A stretch of DNA of 32,000 bases from Pseudomonas aeruginosa (lineage in GTDB: Bacteria; Pseudomonadota; Gammaproteobacteria; Pseudomonadales; Pseudomonadaceae): assembly GCF_001457615.1 (NCBI RefSeq), contig NZ_LN831024.1:2820001-2852000 (forward strand), read 5' to 3'. Below the pieces are notes generated by a model that saw only the letters and a list, made by a program, of their open reading frames with translations, searched no databases and had not been told where the DNA came from. Within the stretch, counting starts at the first letter, position 1, and every line of letters begins with the position of its first letter. Shown in pieces: positions 28,352 to 32,000 of the stretch. The translations under genes were made by a program, and so were the position numbers.

Positions 28352-28831
28352 TTGGAAAACCATTATCGGGAGCTGTTGCGCTTTCTCAGCGCCAGGCTCG
28401 GAGACCGACAGGCGGCGGCCGACGTTGCTCACGACGCGTATTTGCGCGTGCTGGAACGCTCCAGTCAAGCGCGAATCGAGCATCCGCGGGCGTTCCTGTA
28501 CCGGACGGCGCTCAATCTCGCGGTCGACGAGCATCGCCGCAGCCGGGTGCGCAAGGCCGAGCCCTTGCACGTCCTCGACGAGGAGGAGGGTATGTCCGAG
28601 CCTTCCCCCCAGGTACTCGAGGACCAGCGCCAGCGCCTCGACCTCTTGACCCTGGCGCTGAACGAACTGCCGCCGCTGTGCCGCGAGTCCTTCCTCCTGC
28701 GCAAGCTGGAAGGTCTTTCCCACAACGAGATAGCGGCGCACCTGAATATCTCCCGCAGTCTCGTGGAAAAGCACATCGTCAATGCGATGAGGCACTGCCG
28801 CCTGCGCATGCAAGCCTGGGAGTCCAGTTGA
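28352..28831 (+). CDS. fpvI: ECF (FecI-type) sigma factor for fpvA expression
   Basis: 159 aa with sigma-70 regions 2 and 4 (DVAHDAYLRVL; LSHNEIAAHLNISRSLVEKH). TTG start, with AGGAG 6 nt upstream. Confidence 0.88.
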   Translation: MENHYRELLRFLSARLGDRQAAADVAHDAYLRVLERSSQARIEHPRAFLYRTALNLAVDEHRRSRVRKAEPLHVLDEEEGMSEPSPQVLEDQRQRLDLLTLALNELPPLCRESFLLRKLEGLSHNEIAAHLNISRSLVEKHIVNAMRHCRLRMQAWESS

Positions 28832-28842
28832 TCCAGCGCGGT

Positions 28843-28866
28843 TAAATTTCGTTTCCCGGTCCTCGT
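28843..28866 (+). promoter_or_regulatory. PvdS IS box, pvdA promoter
   Basis: TAAAT-TTCGTTTCCCGGTCCT-CGT, 12 nt after the fpvI stop. Confidence 0.85.
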
Positions 28867-28947
28867 TCCTAGTCAACAGACGCCCTTACGGGCCGCTCTT
28901 GACCTATCGCTCCCCGGTTTCGGGAGCCTATCCAGAGGACACTGGAA

Positions 28948-30279
28948 ATGACCCAGGCTACAGCAACCGCCGTCGTTCACGACCTTATCGGTATCGGCTT
29001 CGGCCCCTCGAACATCGCCCTGGCGATCGCCCTTGAGGAACGCGCGAGGACCCAGGGGGAACTGCAAGTCCTGTTCCTCGACAAACAGGCCGACTATCGC
29101 TGGCACGGCAATACCCTGGTCAGCCAGAGCGAGTTGCAGATTTCCTTCCTCAAGGACCTGGTATCCCTGCGCAATCCAACCAGTCCCTATTCCTTCGTCA
29201 ACTACCTGCACAAACATGGGCGCCTGGTGGACTTCATCAACCTGGGCACCTTCTACCCCTGCCGCATGGAGTTCAACGACTATCTGCGCTGGGTCGCCGG
29301 CCACTTCGCCGAGCAGAGCCGTTATGGCGAGGAAGTGCTGTCGGTCGAGCCGATGCTGGTCGAGCGCAAGGTCGAGGCGCTGCGGGTGACTTCGCGCAAC
29401 GCCGAAGGCGAGGAGCTTGTGCGGACCACTCGCTCGGTGGTGGTCAGCGCCGGCGGTACGCCACGAATTCCCCTGGCGTTCCGCCACCTGAAGGATGATG
29501 GCAGGGTCTTCCACCATTCGCAGTATCTGGAGCGCATGCTCAAGCAGCCCTGTGTCAACGGCCAGCCGATGAAAGTCGCGATCATCGGCGGCGGACAGAG
29601 TGCCGCCGAAGCCTTCATCGATCTCAACGACAGCTATCCATCGGTACAGGTCGACCTGATCCTGCGCGGTTCGGCGCTGAAGCCGGCGGACGACAGCCCG
29701 TTCGTCAACGAAGTATTCGCGCCCGAGTTCACCGACCTGATCTACAACCAGGAAGGCGCGGAGCGTGAGCGCCTGGTGCGCGAGTACCACAACACCAACT
29801 ATTCGGTGGTGGATATCGACCTGATCGAGCGTATTTACGGCATCTTCTATCGCCAGAAGGTTTCCGGAGTCCCGCGCCACGCCTTCCGTAGCCTGCGCTC
29901 GGTGGAGAAGGCCACGGCAGGCGCCGAGGGTATCGAGCTGGCGCTGCGTAATACCGCCAATGGCGAACTGAGCGTGCAGCGCTACGACCTGGTAATCCTC
30001 GCCACCGGTTATGAGCGGCAGTTGCATCGTCAACTGCTGGAGCCGATGGCCGACTACCTCGGGGACTTCGAGGTCGACCGCAACTATCGTCTGATCACCG
30101 ACCAGCGTTGCCAGGCGTCGATCTACATGCAGGGCTTCTGCCAGGCCAGCCATGGCCTCAGCGACACCCTGCTGTCGGTGCTGCCGGTGCGTGCCGAGGA
30201 AATCTCCGGCTCCCTGTACCAGCACCTGAAGCCCGGCACTGCGGCCCGCGCCCTGCACGAGCACGCCCTGGCCAGCTGA
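28948..30279 (+). CDS. pvdA: L-ornithine N5-monooxygenase (FAD/NADPH-dependent)
   Basis: 443 aa. FAD-binding motif GIGFGPSN, NADPH-binding motif IIGGGQSAAE, and ATGY near the C-terminus. GAGGA RBS. Confidence 0.92.
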   Translation: MTQATATAVVHDLIGIGFGPSNIALAIALEERARTQGELQVLFLDKQADYRWHGNTLVSQSELQISFLKDLVSLRNPTSPYSFVNYLHKHGRLVDFINLGTFYPCRMEFNDYLRWVAGHFAEQSRYGEEVLSVEPMLVERKVEALRVTSRNAEGEELVRTTRSVVVSAGGTPRIPLAFRHLKDDGRVFHHSQYLERMLKQPCVNGQPMKVAIIGGGQSAAEAFIDLNDSYPSVQVDLILRGSALKPADDSPFVNEVFAPEFTDLIYNQEGAERERLVREYHNTNYSVVDIDLIERIYGIFYRQKVSGVPRHAFRSLRSVEKATAGAEGIELALRNTANGELSVQRYDLVILATGYERQLHRQLLEPMADYLGDFEVDRNYRLITDQRCQASIYMQGFCQASHGLSDTLLSVLPVRAEEISGSLYQHLKPGTAARALHEHALAS

Positions 30280-30295
30280 TCGGCGCCACGCCGCC

Positions 30296-30350
30296 ACGCC
30301 CTGTGTTGCCCGTTTCCCCGCCAGGGGATGCCCGGCACGCAGGGCGTTTT
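30296..30350 (+). terminator. Possible leaky terminator or attenuator between pvdA and pvdQ
   Basis: 8-bp outer stem acgccctg (30296-30303) / cagggcgt (30340-30347), enclosing a small cccc-gcca-gggg hairpin, followed by TTTT. The large loop makes it weak. Confidence 0.35.
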
Positions 30351-30401
30351 CGTTGCATGTCCCGGCCGTTCCGGCCACCACTTTGCAGAGAAACGACATC
30401 G

Positions 30402-32000
30402 ATGGGGATGCGTACCGTACTGACCGGCCTGGCCGGCATGCTGTTGGGTTCGATGATGCCGGTCCAGGCCGATATGCCGCGGCCGACCGGGCTGGCCGCG
30501 GACATCCGCTGGACCGCCTATGGCGTGCCGCACATCCGGGCCAAGGATGAGCGCGGCCTGGGCTATGGCATCGGCTACGCCTACGCGCGCGACAACGCCT
30601 GCCTGCTGGCCGAGGAGATCGTCACCGCGCGCGGCGAGCGGGCGCGCTATTTCGGCAGCGAGGGCAAGTCGTCGGCCGAGCTGGACAACCTGCCGTCCGA
30701 CATCTTCTACGCCTGGCTCAACCAACCCGAGGCGCTGCAAGCCTTCTGGCAGGCGCAGACGCCCGCGGTACGCCAGTTGCTCGAAGGCTACGCCGCCGGT
30801 TTCAACCGCTTCCTCCGCGAGGCCGACGGCAAGACCACCAGTTGCCTTGGCCAGCCCTGGCTGCGGGCCATCGCGACCGATGACCTGCTGCGCCTGACCC
30901 GGCGCCTGCTGGTCGAAGGCGGGGTCGGCCAGTTCGCCGACGCGCTGGTAGCCGCCGCGCCGCCCGGAGCGGAGAAGGTCGCCTTGAGCGGCGAGCAGGC
31001 GTTCCAGGTCGCCGAGCAGCGGCGCCAGCGCTTCCGCCTGGAGCGCGGCAGCAACGCCATTGCCGTTGGCAGCGAACGTTCGGCGGACGGCAAGGGCATG
31101 CTCCTGGCCAACCCGCACTTCCCCTGGAACGGCGCGATGCGTTTCTACCAGATGCACCTGACCATTCCCGGCCGGCTCGACGTGATGGGGGCCTCGCTGC
31201 CCGGCCTGCCGGTGGTCAACATCGGCTTCAGCCGCCACCTGGCCTGGACCCACACGGTGGATACCTCCAGCCACTTCACCCTGTATCGCCTGGCGCTGGA
31301 CCCGAAGGACCCGCGGCGCTACCTGGTCGACGGTCGTTCGCTGCCGCTGGAGGAGAAGTCCGTCGCGATCGAGGTACGCGGCGCCGACGGCAAGCTGTCG
31401 CGCGTCGAGCACAAGGTCTACCAGTCGATCTACGGCCCGCTGGTGGTCTGGCCCGGCAAGCTGGACTGGAACCGCAGCGAGGCCTATGCGCTGCGTGACG
31501 CCAACCTGGAGAACACCCGGGTACTGCAACAGTGGTACTCGATCAACCAGGCCAGCGACGTCGCCGACCTGCGCCGGCGCGTCGAGGCGCTACAGGGGAT
31601 CCCCTGGGTCAACACCCTGGCCGCGGACGAGCAGGGCAACGCCCTGTACATGAACCAGTCGGTGGTGCCCTACCTGAAGCCGGAACTGATTCCCGCCTGC
31701 GCCATTCCGCAACTGGTCGCCGAAGGCCTGCCGGCCCTCCAGGGGCAGGACAGCCGCTGTGCCTGGAGCCGCGACCCGGCCGCGGCCCAGGCTGGCATCA
31801 CCCCGGCGGCGCAACTGCCGGTGCTGTTGCGCAGGGACTTCGTGCAGAACTCCAACGACAGCGCCTGGCTGACCAACCCGGCGAGCCCGCTGCAGGGCTT
31901 CTCGCCCCTGGTCAGCCAGGAGAAGCCCATCGGTCCGCGGGCGCGCTACGCCCTGAGCCGGCTACAGGGCAAGCAGCCGCTGGAGGCGAAGACGCTCGAG
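30402..32000 (+). CDS. pvdQ: Ntn-hydrolase acylase (pyoverdine precursor and acyl-homoserine-lactone acylase), 3' end outside the window
   Basis: Not in the ORF track because no stop occurs before the window end. The frame is open from ATG 30402 for 533 codons. Signal peptide MGMRTVLTGLAGMLLGSMMPVQA. Autoprocessing site GSNAIAVG with the nucleophile Ser codon at 31050-31052. Confidence 0.9.
   Translation, partial: MGMRTVLTGLAGMLLGSMMPVQADMPRPTGLAADIRWTAYGVPHIRAKDERGLGYGIGYAYARDNACLLAEEIVTARGERARYFGSEGKSSAELDNLPSDIFYAWLNQPEALQAFWQAQTPAVRQLLEGYAAGFNRFLREADGKTTSCLGQPWLRAIATDDLLRLTRRLLVEGGVGQFADALVAAAPPGAEKVALSGEQAFQVAEQRRQRFRLERGSNAIAVGSERSADGKGMLLANPHFPWNGAMRFYQMHLTIPGRLDVMGASLPGLPVVNIGFSRHLAWTHTVDTSSHFTLYRLALDPKDPRRYLVDGRSLPLEEKSVAIEVRGADGKLSRVEHKVYQSIYGPLVVWPGKLDWNRSEAYALRDANLENTRVLQQWYSINQASDVADLRRRVEALQGIPWVNTLAADEQGNALYMNQSVVPYLKPELIPACAIPQLVAEGLPALQGQDSRCAWSRDPAAAQAGITPAAQLPVLLRRDFVQNSNDSAWLTNPASPLQGFSPLVSQEKPIGPRARYALSRLQGKQPLEAKTLE

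Overview
High-GC (~65%) Pseudomonas aeruginosa-type DNA. The whole window is the pyoverdine (pvd) siderophore locus, in the reverse orientation to the PAO1 PA2385-PA2399 map as I recall it. Gene order: 3' ~10.5 kb of the terminal pyoverdine NRPS (5'-truncated; [C]-A-T-E-C-A-T-C-A-T-TE), a cytoplasmic alpha/beta-hydrolase gene, fpvA(-), pvdE(-), pvdF(+), pvdO-pvdN-pvdM(-), pvdP(+), opmQ-pvdT-pvdR(-), fpvR(-), fpvI(+), pvdA(+), and pvdQ(+). pvdQ runs off the 3' edge and is missing from the ORF track. Six exact PvdS iron-starvation boxes (TAAAT-N16-CGT) sit upstream of pvdE, pvdF, pvdM, pvdP, pvdR and pvdA. A Fur box lies between fpvR and fpvI. Hand-read A-domain codes give Thr(+E)/Ser/DGE-type, which fits the D-aThr-Ser-cOHOrn tail of type II pyoverdine rather than PAO1 type I. 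This is a known system, and I see no mobile elements, CRISPR, RNA genes or defence systems. The less-described parts are the HSL-family esterase wedged between the NRPS and fpvA, an apparent E-domain deletion scar in the Ser module, and the non-canonical fpvA upstream region. The many long antisense ORFs are high-GC artefacts.
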